DNA of 63,279 nucleotides, counting the filler, from Bigelowiella natans CCMP2755 (lineage: Eukaryota; Protista; Cercozoa): the NCBI GenBank assembly GCA_000320545.1. It is 4 parts of 4 records of this genome, joined end to end, with 100 filler letters (N's around TTAATTAATTAA, not from the genome) between each part and the next. Parts side by side here need not be neighbours in the genome. Positions count along the whole stretch, not along the records: positions 22,004 to 42,549 come from ADNK01000815.1; 3 more parts are not named here. The stretch is one strand, 5' to 3'. Shown one piece after another: positions 28,183 to 41,158 of the stretch. Under the pieces are notes generated by a model that had not been told where the DNA came from, ran no database searches, and was given only the letters and a program-made list of their open reading frames with translations. A program made the position numbers and the translations under genes. The stretch's first letter is position 1, and every line of letters starts with the position of its first letter.

Positions 28183-29404
28183 CACAATCTAGCTAGGGAT
28201 GTATATGTCTGATCCACCTGCTTGCAACGCTTAATCCGTACGTACGGCAGCCAAAAATCAAAGCACGCAGCTCGCTAGGAGATTTCCTAATCGATTGCTA
28301 TCATACAGCCGTGCAAGTGTTTCACAAGGTAGTAAGTGATCACGGGAATGAGCAACAGACCCACACTCGCAGTCTGCTACGATAGAATCGATCCCCATCA
28401 GCGCAACATCGCACACAGATGCAGTAGTGCTTGTATGCATCGGATCGCATGCGTACATACAGACTGCACTGTTGTTTGGAAATATTCGGATCGCAGATTG
28501 ATAGCGCTACGCTGTCTAGCTAGCTAGCTGTGCGATGCGTGCGAGCATTTTTGCCGTGATCGATATATGCACGCCACTGTCTAGACTACATAAGCGTAAA
28601 TTAAAAGCAAACTAGATAGCTTTGTTGTCTCACGATACACATGCGCATGCGTGCATTACATAGCCATTGAAACTTCATATTTTGTTCATTTCATTCGCCT
28701 CATACATTGCATAGCGATGTACAGACACAAGCACTCGCTCGCGCAGCCGATAGTAATGCTTAAGTAACATCAAGACAGGGCTTATTATTATAGACATAGC
28801 AATACAAAACATACATAATACATATATATATATATATATATATATATTACGTTGTCTATTATTGTTTATTATGCTTGCTGTGACCGGCTTCGACCGCCAC
28901 ACGATACACGCACACAAGTGCGTACATATATTTTTAAATGGCTATAGATATATTGCAAGCCATCGCGAAAGGCTGGATGACGAAGCATGGAAATTGAGAC
29001 CGTATTCGCTACATGATGGACACTAATGAAATGGAACGAATATCGCTCGACGTAATAATCTACAACGACTTGACGAATCGTAGGTTCGTTTACTTTGGTA
29101 CATCTAATTTTACTTTATTTTACACACTAATAACACTACAATTTCTGGAAAGGTTCTTGAAAGCTTCTGTAGCTGTCTGCTTTCTGGAAGGAGGGCTATG
29201 AGAAAATTTGGGGAAAAACGCGACAGCCTGCCACGCGCAAGACAGTTGGAATAAAACCCGCAGTCAACACTGGTATATTAAGTGCGTTTTCTGTGGATTA
29301 TCCTTCCATCCTAGAAGACAAACTCAGTACTCTGACTTCAATCATAAGTCTAGCTTTCCCTCCTTCCTTTCTTCGGCTGGGATTCATAATCATCATCATC
29401 TCAT

Positions 29405-30348
29405 CTAGCAATCATTCGTCACAATTTCCCCGGACCTCAGATGGAACCAGCATGTGTAAGGTTTCACCTTCTTGAAGAAGTAGACGACTTGCAGCTGCTC
29501 CCCGATGATATGCGTGATGACCCCAGGCACCCATTTTCGCTTAGTCGCTGGTGCAAACCGCCATACTCTCACGTCATCGTTGAGCTTGAAACCTATGCTG
29601 CTGCTTCTACTGCTGCTGCTACTACCATCTCTCCGCCGAGTAAATTTCCCTAATGGCGCGAGTCTATACTTCTCAGAGGGTTTAATGCGCTCTTGGATCG
29701 TCTCATTCTCGTTGGTTTTGAACTCAACTTCAAGTGACTCTATTCCACTGACGCTGAGGACGAGGCCCTCGGCCCACCATCCATCTTTCCGCCTCACGTC
29801 TAGCCTCGTGCCTTCCGTAAGAGCGTTGAAATTAATGCCAAAGCTTTTCGGAGGTTCCTCGTGGTACAGGTAGGCCATGGTGATGTTGACGACAGCTGAT
29901 GGAAACTCCGTCCTTTCGACGAGAAGGTGCTACAAACAAATATTCAAAGGGGATAACCGCGGGTTACACAAGATGAGATAGAAGTCAGGGGGGGACTAAG
30001 TAACAGAATGTGAATGCTGAATTCATCTACTCTAGCTTCACCGGCGCGAGGTTCGGTCTCATGCATATCTACCACTCATAGAACTACCTTTTGTGCAGAT
30101 TTGTAGTCGAAGAGGTCAACTTTTCGAAGTTTACGGATAACCGAGACAACGTAACCTCTGGCAGTTAGACGAGGGGCTAGGCCTGATGATTGCATCATGC
30201 TAACTACAAACTCACGCTTTTGTTTAATGTCCCGCATTAGGTCGTCGAGAGTACGCAAGAGGAGCGTATTTTTGTCCACCGTCTCTGGATTATTTTCCTT
30301 GTCGCACGAATCGAGCGCCATTATTCCGCAAGGAGGGGGCATCTCCAC
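29405..30348 (-). CDS. Hypothetical protein with tandem Tudor/Agenet-like (SH3-fold) domains
   Basis: GTRLDVRRKDGWWAEGLVLSV..LEVEF..RLAPLGKFT and FKLNDDVRVW..WVPGVITHI..LQVVY. An upstream exon lies at 30076-30348. Both ends are uncertain. Confidence 0.55.
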
Positions 30349-31080
30349 TGAGAAGAACGAAGAGCTTTCACATAGTTTTTTTCGTTTCTCGGATCCTGGT
30401 GAAATGTGTTAAGTTTTCACTCAGAAAAATGTAGAAACGAAGGATTGAAATGGTTCGCCCGCATTTTCCTATAAACAATTCTGAGGTGTTTGCGTTCCCC
30501 CCCCATTTGATTTTCGAATTTATCCGTCTATAAGAATACTAAACGACGAAAGGAGGAAGCAGTATCCACTCGTTCAGAACGATTTCCAACCTGCTTCCGC
30601 CTTAATAATTGCCCTCTTCGCCAATACGCGCCCCCTTTTCCTACTCGGAACGGGCGTAACATCGAAGCCACTCACAAGGGGTGTCCGGGGTAGGGGGGGA
30701 GCGGAGGACCTCGCCAACGTATCCATATTTCGGCCGAGAGTTTCAGATTTAGTGCAGAAAAGAAGCATATTTTTACGACTGCATTCCTGAACTTTAAGAT
30801 ACTTTCCACGATGAATCTTATGTCGCTAATTCGAATTCTGCGACTACTGTTAAGAAGACTGATATCTTTCGTCGTTCCAACTGTTCTTCACGATGTGTCG
30901 TACTCGACCTGACGCGAAATTATCTCGGATTGGATTTATAATGTTGTCGTCAGTAGAAATCCTCATGCGTTAGGAACTCAGCGCCTCACCCGAGAATGGT
31001 TTTCGAAACCCACTTGGCGATTTCAAATATTGAGAAAACTACCGGTTTATTTTCGGGTTGAAATCATCTGTATTTTGTAT

Positions 31081-32330
31081 TTTTGACCGGGATTCCGGGG
31101 TGAATCGACCAAACAGGTTCCCTCCTTTTTTTCATTCGTTCCGAAGCCGACACGAATGCGACGCGACATTGCTCTCGATGTTGCATCGAGGTGTGCTGAT
31201 CAAAGTCTGCCTTCCGACTCAATTGCACGTGACACTCATCAGAGTGACAGCTAGATGACTGCACAAATGTGAATTGTTGTGCCAGTGCCACAAGATTCAC
31301 GTAGGTCTAGAAGTGCACGCGGAGCCAACTAGCCAACCTGCCTAGCTAGCTGGCTAGCAACGCGACTTGCGATCGAACAGCGAGATGATGCTGTGGCGGA
31401 ATGAATCGTTCAAGTGATGAAGAATGCAGCCAAGCAAACCTTTTAGTTCCAAATCGCGTGCAAATGCACGCGCCACATGTGCAGACACACACAATCATGT
31501 GTGCATCTAAGAGCCAATCCAATGATGGGCATGCCCAGCTAGCCAGATGCCAGCATGTCCACATGGTCCAGGTGTGACGTGTGCAGACGGTGTGACACCA
31601 TGGCATGCATGGTGTGCACATGACATCACTGTGTCCATTGTGAGCATGATGGACGGCTAGTTGCCAAGATCAGCACGTGAGCATGTGGACAATGACAATG
31701 TTTGGGAAAGCACAAAAAAAAAGTCAGGAATTGTGCGTTCCAGCAGAAGCCATGCTGTGCATTGTGATTGGAGTTGTGTTGCTTGCATGTTGACACAATG
31801 AATGTGCATTTGCATCGTCACAGGCCCGCAACACTCGCTACGTCATCGCAAAATTGAGATGACGCACTGAAGAAGTCGAGACACCGGGCAAACACTCCAT
31901 CTCGACTTTTTGCATCAAGCTCGTTGTTCGAACTGCGATGATGACGTTTCGAGTGCCGTTGACAGGGATCCCTGTGCGATGCAGACTTGGACGCGTGCTT
32001 TTGCAGCCAAGTGCACATGTAGATTCATCGACAATTCATCGCGACATCTACCTAGCTACATCGACTTTCAATTTTTCCCGCCAAACTATGCGTATGCTGA
32101 TCTTGGCAAGTAGCCAGACATGTGATGCCATCTAGCCATGTCGCGCATGCATGTGATGTCACTGTGTCTGTCGTTCCATGGATGCAGTTAGCTGCTAGTG
32201 TTGCACATGCTGAGACTTGTGTGTTCGCTCATGCATGTTTGGACATGCTAGACATGAGCAGTCAATGTTCGTCGGCTACACAAACGGCTCCATCTAGGGC
32301 TGTCTGCAGCGGCCGCACACACAGCACCAT
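31081..32330. other. TpA-depleted intergenic tract D
   Basis: Hand count: 25 TA in ~1.25 kb, 24 in CTA or TAG context (mostly CTAG). Confidence 0.88.
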
Positions 32331-32460
32331 TGTAAAATCGTTAGCAAATGGCATCAAAACAGATCACAAGAAAGTCATTCATTTGTGAGTGACACAAGGT
32401 GTGCCCATGCCCACACATATTCGTTGGTCTCATTCATTGGATGGAGGATAGAGGAAGCCA

Positions 32461-33447
32461 CTATTTCCGATCTTCAACAAACTCGTATCTCCCGCGTTGA
32501 TTGCTACGGTTGCGTCACATGTAATTGTTTCCTCGCTACTCTTTAAATAATTACTTCAGAGCAGAGGCAATCTCTAAAAATTCTTGGCCTTCGTCGCTAG
32601 AAAGAAACGTCGAAAGAGGTTTGTGAAGAAGCAGTTGAACCGATTTGGTGTCTGATAACACTTTGTCGTTTATAATGACTCTCACTGCTGCTTTGGAGTC
32701 TTTTACCAGAGCAGATTTTGTTTCGTCATCTCTCACGCCATTCGCTTCTTCCCCGTCATTGAGCAGCGGTAGCAACCGCTCCTTCAGCGTGGTCACGGCA
32801 TTCTCCACTGCACCCTCCTCTACGACAGCGGCTTGATAGAGATCCAACGTGGCCTCAGGGGAGAGGGGGGGGGATGCAGTCACTAGAGGAGCAGCGAGAA
32901 GTGCGTCCAGGGCTGCTCCCCATGTTCCGGCGAATGCCTGCTGATTACGCTCTGACGTCACAATTGACGCTAATCTATCGACAGACTCCTCGCTGTAACG
33001 CGACAGAAACTCCTGATCATGACGATCAAAATTATTAGGGGGAGGAAGTGAGAATGTGGGGGGGGGGGATTAGGAGACAGAAAAGAGAGGAAACACACGA
33101 ACCGCGTGCGCTTTATACCTAGATCTAAGAAATATACCTTGATGAGAACGCCGGCTGTTTGATCGATTTGGTCGCGGAGGATGGCGATTGCAACTTGCCT
33201 CACGGGACCTAGGATCTGAAATTGAGGCATTAGAGCGATGCGAGAGTGATGGGTGATACGATACTCATTCGTCTTGGAAAGAGATGTATACTATTGAAAC
33301 AGACCTGTGTGTGCGCGCGCGCGCGCGCAATTTCACTTTTATATATTGTTTTTCACACAAATTCCTTCATATGCTATTCCGCTAAATACCGGGTTTTGAG
33401 CAAGGATATTCCCCACTAAATCGGCCTGTCAACACATCAACACACAA

Positions 33448-33503
<56 letters not shown>

Positions 33504-34108
33504 GTGTGTGTGTTGTGTGTATGGCTAGAATTCGGGAATAGCTCCAATTTATGGCTTCTACTACCGATTGAAGGAAGGCGAAGATTGCTTCATACAGCAC
33601 ACTCGTAACACTGCTCTGCACAAAGGAGCTGCGAATGACTGCCCCTATACCAGGCGATGCTGCTGCCTGGCGACCCAGCACATGATCAGAGGGAAAATGA
33701 ACGAGAGGATGGGGCGAGAAAGATGAAGGGCAGGTTTTTTGTTGGAAGGACGCACAACGTTCTTTTTTTTTTTTTTCCATGGGACATATAATGTTTGTGT
33801 GTGTGTGTGTGCGTTGCACGTATGTATGTGTACATGTTAAATTCATATATGTGGATACCTGCATGGACGGCGTGAGCTGCTTCACCAACGCTACTAATTT
33901 CGGGCCTGGGGTAACGAACGGCGTGTCATTCTGTGCTGCTGCTGCAGCAATTGGCCACATCTACTACTACTACTACAACTACTAAGTCTACCTTACTCAA
34001 TTGATAATTCTAGCCCAAAGCATTAGTAAAGACAACAACAATAACAACAATGGCTATTGAAAAAGATCTTATTCCTCACCCTTCTTGAGGCACCCCATCA
34101 ACTACTAC

Positions 34109-34150
<42 letters not shown>

Positions 34151-37100
34151 TACTTGCATAGGATCCAAGGGTTTTGCCTTGCCGCTCATTGGCCATACGC
34201 TCCGCCAGCGAGCTGCTCATCTCGAGGACCCTCTGCATACGATCGATTGCGGGCAGAGAGAGAGGATGAAATCAGCCCCGATTCTATAGCATGCCAAATA
34301 CCCGGCGGCAGCAGCAAAACAGTGCGGACTTACTAACCCAGGTAAGCTCGTTGCGATAATCGCTCCTTGCCACATGTGCGATTTCGTCGATTGCCTCCTT
34401 CACATCCTTCTCGCGGAGGACTTCGGATAGAAGAACGTCCTCTCGGGTGAGCCATGACACCAGCTGTTTCGTCGCCGCCACCATTTCCTCCTCCTTATAT
34501 TCCCCTCCGTCTTTTTTTAGGAGCGACAACGTCGCCTGGCCCTCCTCGCTGCGAAAGTACCTATCATTTGGTTGTGTATTGGTGGGGGAAGGAAGAAGGA
34601 GATGGAAGGAAAGTCAATTTTGTTTCTCTTCAAATGTTTCAGTGATGATGACGATTGGGAGCCTGTATTTGCCCTTGAGGGAGTAGTGAAAACAAAAGGC
34701 AAAATTGTTTTCTTCTGCGACACGCACGCTCATGTCGCAGAATTAACACTGATCCTTCGTCCTAATCTTTTTATCGCTCGCTGCTATTTACTGTTCGAGG
34801 ATGGACTCGGCAAGACGCTTGAGGCCTGATGGAAGTACATACAAAGAGAGGTGGGAGGGAGCGAGGGGGGGGGGGTAGTAGGAGGGAGGAGGGTGAGATG
34901 GATCACTCTCCACCTCGAGTTTTATCCCAAAATCTGACCTGATCCCTGTCCCGGTTGTAGCGGCTCTAGAGAGGTCACGAGCTCCAAAAACGATGATGAT
35001 GATGATGATGATGACGATGAGGAGGAGGAGGAGGAGGAGGAGGATGGGGTCTTCGCTGGCTGCTCCAGCTGCTTCAATACTGAACCGAGTTGTGAGGTCA
35101 TGACGTCTCCTCCATCACCGTCGTGATCATCACATAATATAGCCCACTGCTCAGCAATCGCAGGCGCGAGCTCATTACGAAGACGCTCTGCTTGCCCCGT
35201 TTCGGGAAGCAGTGTGCGGACGGGCGTGTTGATGATTGCCTCGATGCCGTCTCGTATCGCCTGGTGGCAGGTAGGGAAATGCAAAAGAGGGGGGGTAGGA
35301 GGAGGAAGAGGAGAAGAGAAACGATGATTATCCCTCGAATTTCTCAAGAGGAGGGCAAGGTAACGACAAACCCGTGAGACAGAGGCAATGTTGTCCTGAT
35401 TGTTATTCCCTGATTGTTGCGAGAGGGCCCCTACAGCCTGGGCATATGGGCTGCTACTCCTCGCCGTGTCCACAAGGCGCTCGAGCGCTTCGTCTAGATA
35501 TCCTCCGATGAACTTCTTGATTTGCGGGCCGGCCGTCCGGTCGACCTCGGCGCGAAACGTGCGGAGAATCTGATCCATCAATATGAGTGACAACAGATTC
35601 CCAACGATGCATGCGCACGCATGTGCGTGGGGATGGTGTGCCGCACTTCTTTATCGACGTCTACTGCTGGTGTAGGTACAACTTACTTCCTCCCGGACAA
35701 GCTGCATGCCAGGGAGCTGCTCGATGACTTTCCCCAAAATATCGGCCTCACGGATGAAGGCGAATATGCTCTCGTAGAGAACCTTTATATATATACATCA
35801 TGACCACCCATCACCACCATTGCAACCATTTTCGTCGTCGTCGTCATCATCATCGTCGTCGCCACCATCATCGTCATAAACGCACAAGCATCTCAGGCTG
35901 CCGTATACGCCATTGTTCTCTTCGCAGCACTCAACGAACGCGCGCACTCTCTTTTATTTGTAGAAACGCAGTACAGCGAAAATGGGGGGGGGGGGTACGC
36001 TAGCAAGATGGTGCTTGCAGATGTAGCCATACGAAAAGGACTGCCGCTTAACTGAAAACTACGATTCATACCGTCCCGAACGCATTCTTAACTGCCGAGC
36101 TGTATGTGACAGCTCGGACGACTCTCTCCACGGTTTCCTCTGCCGAAGCTGACGATGATGATGACGCCGCGGACAGAGAAGAAGCCGCACTACGACCGGA
36201 GTTCTCTATATTCTGGAATGGTGTGGAAGGTAAGTCAAGGAGATTAGATACAGCAGGAGCGATGCAGCAGAGACGATTCACAACTCCTATTTTTATGGAT
36301 TGAAAGCTGTTTGCAGCGATTTATGCTATTGCTTCCAGCCCCCAGGCATGCGCGAACAGACACCTCTAACAAAGCACTGGTTGCTTTGGGGCCGATTATA
36401 TCCGCAATGGTACGATCGCTGCTTCGAAGCTCGGCATCAGCACGTGCGAGACTTTGTTCCACGTCGTGTCGAATTGTACCGTCGTCTAATACGCTCTTCA
36501 CTCCCTCTTTGCATATACATTTACGTGTGTGTGTGTGTGTGTGTGTTTGTGTGTAGACTTTGATAAAGTCGCCGCTAAATTGATGCATATATGTAAATAG
36601 GTTTGCGTGTACGTGTTTGTTCTAAGTCTACTACACCTGCTGCTACTGCTGCTACTACTACACTACTACTCCTACTCCCTTTGGCCGACACCTTTGAGCG
36701 CAAGTGCAATCTGGTCAGGGGTGCCGATGAGGCTGTCGTCGTCAACCAGCCTTTGCTCAGACTATATACCGCACGCAACACCATCGTACGGCAACTTATA
36801 AAAGATAAGACACATCTACTTTAACAAATATTCGTTCCACTGTCTTCCTCGGCATTATACTACTACCACTACTACCACTACCAGGAAGCGGAGTGACGAG
36901 TCGACCATCTCCGTTCCCAAACCCGACGACGTGGCACTACTTGCGGCGGCAGCGGCGATTGCGGAGGGGGGAAGTGCCGACGAGCGAGCTTGTGATCTGA
37001 GTGACCGCGTAGAAAGAATCGGCACATTGCCCCGGCTCCATTGCAGCACCAGATCAGCGCGTCTAACGCTTGCCACACCTACCCGTATGTTGGAAACGTG

Positions 37101-37277
37101 GTCATTGTTCGAACGAGAAATCACACATTCAATTGCATTCTCACAGAAACCTCTTCCTCGGCCTCGTCCCAGGTCTGGCTCCAGCAAAAACGATCCTGTC
37201 ACGAGGATTATTCCAAGAGCCATAGCAGCAGCGACTGCAACACGGGGTGGCATGGTGTGGGGCCTGAGCCGTCCCAT
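32461..37277 (-). CDS. Putative plastid-targeted protein of unknown function with an internally duplicated helical domain
   Basis: Hydrophobic signal segment (VAVAAAMALGIILVTGSFLL) followed by an Arg/Ser-rich transit-like region. Two similar modules: VLYESIFAFIREADILGKVIEQLP..FRAEVDRTAGPQIKKFIGGY and VLYEAIFAFLQS-ADLVGNILAQNP-ILGPVRQ..LRDQIDQTAGVLIK-EFLSRY. Confidence 0.7.
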
Positions 37278-37522
37278 GGTGTCGGGAGGTGAACGGCTTT
37301 TTACTGTTGTTTATGTTGTCTCATTCGGCCCTGTTACTGCCCCGAAACTAACCGAAAACTTCCAACAGACATTGGGGATATTCGCGGCAGCCAAAAATCC
37401 GGACGCTGAGAACATCAGTACATCGAGCGATTTCACCCTGCGACAAAGGGGAAAATGCGAACTGGTCTGAAACTATGTACGTGTCTCATGTAGTGTCGTA
37501 GTCTGGCGCTCCCGTTGCGTAT

Positions 37523-37941
37523 CGACAACCGACTACCGGGTTGTTCTCGGCCTGTCCAACACGCGTGTGAAGGCAATTGTGTGAAGGCTCTGCTTTTCTG
37601 CTTTTGTGTGCACCTTCCCCTGACCACACCTGTGCTTCGTCGTTCATCTACACCACTTTCAAGTGCATGTGCATCTCTTTCTAACTACACGTGCAGCAAA
37701 TGACATGATGCGTGTGTTGTGCCAAACAATGCAGCACACCTCAACACATGCACAAACTCATGCACAACAGATGTGCTGACGTTCACTGTGCTACACCCAC
37801 ATGCCCAAACCCCAGATGTGCGGAATGCTAGAATGTTCGATGACTATTGATGCACTACACGCGTGCACACAAATAGCCCATTTAGAGGCTCTTTTTCTAC
37901 GTGCACACGGGAAAGGGTGCAGCAAAAATCGCGTGGGATCC
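37523..37941. other. TpA-context-restricted intergenic tract E
   Basis: 11 of 11 TAs are in CTA or TAG context; the tract is TG/CA-rich. Confidence 0.7.
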
Positions 37942-38090
37942 GTAACAAGCGCACATGCGCACATCGAGAGATGTACAACGATCGCGTATCGCGTTTTCAT
38001 TTCGTGCTATATCTGAACATGAACAACTGGCAAGGAGCATGTAGTATCTCTCATCGGAAACCAACCAATGGCTTGAGAATATAGACATAT

Positions 38091-38524
38091 TTAAACATAA
38101 TCGCCGAGAGCACTCATATGCAGCAGTGGGAATTTAGGTTGAGCTTCTGCTTTGATTAGGAAAGAGCTGCCATTGTTCCCTGCTGATTCTTTTTGCCCTT
38201 TTTCTCCTGTACTGCTGCCGCCGCCGTTGCCATCGGTTTGTAGTTTACACTGTTGCTGTTGTGCCCAGCCGGGCCCTGCAAAGGGGGCGATTAGTGACAA
38301 GGATGGTATTATCACTGGAGAGTGAGAGTGAGAGTGCTCGTGCCTACCACTTGTGTATATGTGCTTTTTTTGGTTCTTTTGGGTTTTGGGAAGCGGCTTC
38401 TTCCGCGATTCCATCATTTCATACCTCTTGTGGGCGCTTGGAGAAAATAATGGAGTACTCCATTTTGGTAGGGCCGCCTTTGCGCACCGGGGAGTTGAGT
38501 CGGATCTGCGTCGCAAGGCGCACA

Positions 38525-38559
<35 letters not shown>

Positions 38560-38985
38560 CGCGCGCACACAATTTCCCCCTCTCAATCAAACATGCAAAC
38601 ACCGAAAGGCAGATTCACGCACCACGCTTGTTCTGTGTTGTGTGTGTGTGTGTGTGTGTGTGTGTATTCGTAACAGAGGCAACATCCAGGATCGCCCCCA
38701 CCTCCATCATCGGATGCAGCAGCACTGCTGCTGCTGCTGCTACTACTATTCCTATTTCTATTCCTATTACTACTCACGTTATTCTTGATGATAAGCTCTT
38801 GTTGCTTGGGGTCCCAGCGAATCGACTGGTGGTTCTCCCCCCCTGGATACATTAGAATGATGAGAATTTTATATGATGTGAGTAGTAACCCTCCGCGTGA
38901 TCCTCAGAGGAAGGCGATTGTTGATTCAGCCCCTACCAATCAGCATTCCTCATGCTACTCTTTACGAGTGCTGCGCACTCCTCTT

Positions 38986-39022
<37 letters not shown>

Positions 39023-39631
39023 CTCTTTGTTGTTCTCATCACTGCAACCACCTTTTGGGTTTTCCCATTGCATGTGGATGCCAACCTCTGCCCAATTCAC
39101 GTGCTCCAGCCTTAAGGGAGGTTACGAAGACTTCAGAAGGGGGGAAGATACATACCACTACTATTCTCTTTCATGTGTGCTATTATTGTTGTTGTGTGTG
39201 TGGGGGAGGGGGGGGACAATATCTGGCTATTTTGCTCCACGCGCCCGATTAGTTTTTCTCGCACTATCAGCAAGACGCCCGCACAGTTGGCCACTCTCTC
39301 CTCTCGCCTTTGCTTCTCCCCCTCCACATTCTTCCTCCCCAAGTACCGTGCTCTATATTTGCCAGGCTGGCCATCCTTACGGTCGTACTCCACCGCTAAC
39401 GAAGGATTCAGCGGAACCCTGCACATACATGATGTCATGAGCAATATCATCGTATATGAATAGCATGCTTGCGTTGCATGTTTTGCTCCACGCGCACCAC
39501 AGATAGGCATCGTTCTTTTGCACATGAGAGGGGGGGGGGGGGGGGGGGGAGGAGAGATTCATGCGTATAAATAACACTACAGTTATCTTTTAATTCACAC
39601 ACTTACACTTACACACTTACACTTACACACT

Positions 39632-39664
<33 letters not shown>

Positions 39665-39761
39665 GCACGTGCTGACTACCTGAACTTGTTGAGTTCAATG
39701 GCACTGTACCAATTGCAGTAGAGGTATCCATTGCTCACCTTTCAATGTTATGTATGCGCGC

Positions 39762-39800
<39 letters not shown>

Positions 39801-41158
39801 TGTGTGAGTGTGCATGCAAATCTGCAAATAAACTTTCAATCTAATCATCGTCTTACGAAGATGAACACTTGCTGCAGGAGCTTCCGATTCAGCTTTATGA
39901 AAATTGGCGAGCAGCCCAAGTTCTGGGGAATGAATGGTCGAACAGGGTCAGGAAAGAGCACATACAAGCACCGTATATCTCGTCAGATTTTATCCTCATC
40001 ATTCCTCACTCAATCATCATTGATATCGTCCTCGTTTCGAATGGTGAAGCAATGTCACATACACTCTCTTCTACCCTCCCCCCCCCCCCCCCCCGCCATC
40101 ATCACCACCGCTGCAACTATGCTACTATTTGCTGTCGCTACTGCTGCTGCCTACCTTGAGGGCGTAGTCGTCGTTGATGACGTCTTTCTTGTCCCACCAG
40201 CCTACCAGCTCCCGTACCATTTGGATGTTTTTATGCTCTTGCGGGCTCAGCTGGTGCTGCTGCTGGTGTTGCTGCCTGCCGTGATATGTTCGCAGCTTCT
40301 TCCGTGTGCTATCGTCGCAGTCATTGGCCTTCCCCGCTCCCCCTGCCGCGATTAGGCTTCGATCCAGAGTAGAGCTGGATTCCGAAATTGACCGTTTAAT
40401 AGCACCCTCACTTCCTCTTCTGCTACTGGTCATGCACTGGGGGGGGGGGACGCCACTTCTTTGTCGCTGCTGTCGGCCGTAGTGAGAGTAGGAGAATGTG
40501 GCGGTGCCGTTGCTGGCCTCCCCTCGCTGCTGCGTGCTCAACTTGCCGTTGGAGGAGGAGGGGAGGGGGAGCAGGGAGGTGTACTGTTTTGGCAGCCAAG
40601 ACGACAGCGCGCTGAATATCTAAAGGAGGCAAGAGATGAAGAAGATGAAGAAGAAGAAGGAGAAAAATTAGAGGAAGGCAATCATTGATAACTGAAGTGT
40701 GTGGGTATCACTCATGTATAACAATATCATCTTTTCCAGCCCGTCCGTCTATCATCTTCGCGTAATCATCCTCTCATCGTTGTATTTTGGGAAGTGACTT
40801 TCGATTTCATCGTCTTCATAAAGCTGCCGTCTGAATTCTCGCAAGATCTTAACTGAAGGCGCGAGGTAGCATCTTCGTTTCTACTCAAAATGATCACATA
40901 CAAACACATGCACCAGAGCAGGTGTGCTCAGGGCAGATCGTGTTTTGCGGGGTATGCAACACTACTCAAAGTGCTCATATGTATCTTATGTCACACCCAC
41001 CTGATGATTTTAAGGAGTGACGTCCTCCGTAGTAGAGAGGCGTTAATACATAGTGCAAGTAATGCCATTCCACACGCAACCAGCCGAAGCTGCCGTCTTG
41101 AGCGTATTCTCCTCAGTCTTAGCACATCTGAACCGGCTAGCATTCTTTCGCGATCCAT
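38091..41158 (-). CDS. Multi-exon hypothetical protein with an N-terminal signal anchor
   Basis: The first exon MDRERMLAGSDVLRLRRIRSRRQLRLVACGMALLALCINASLYYGG ends at a GT donor. Further minus-strand exons include ~40150-40620. No family recognised. Confidence 0.45.

Noticed and set aside
31081-32330. Classical RIP or CpG decay as the sole explanation of the TG/CA-rich tracts
   Set aside because: RIP would raise TpA, and CpG remains common. Neither explains selective survival of CTA/TAG, although CpG decay may contribute.
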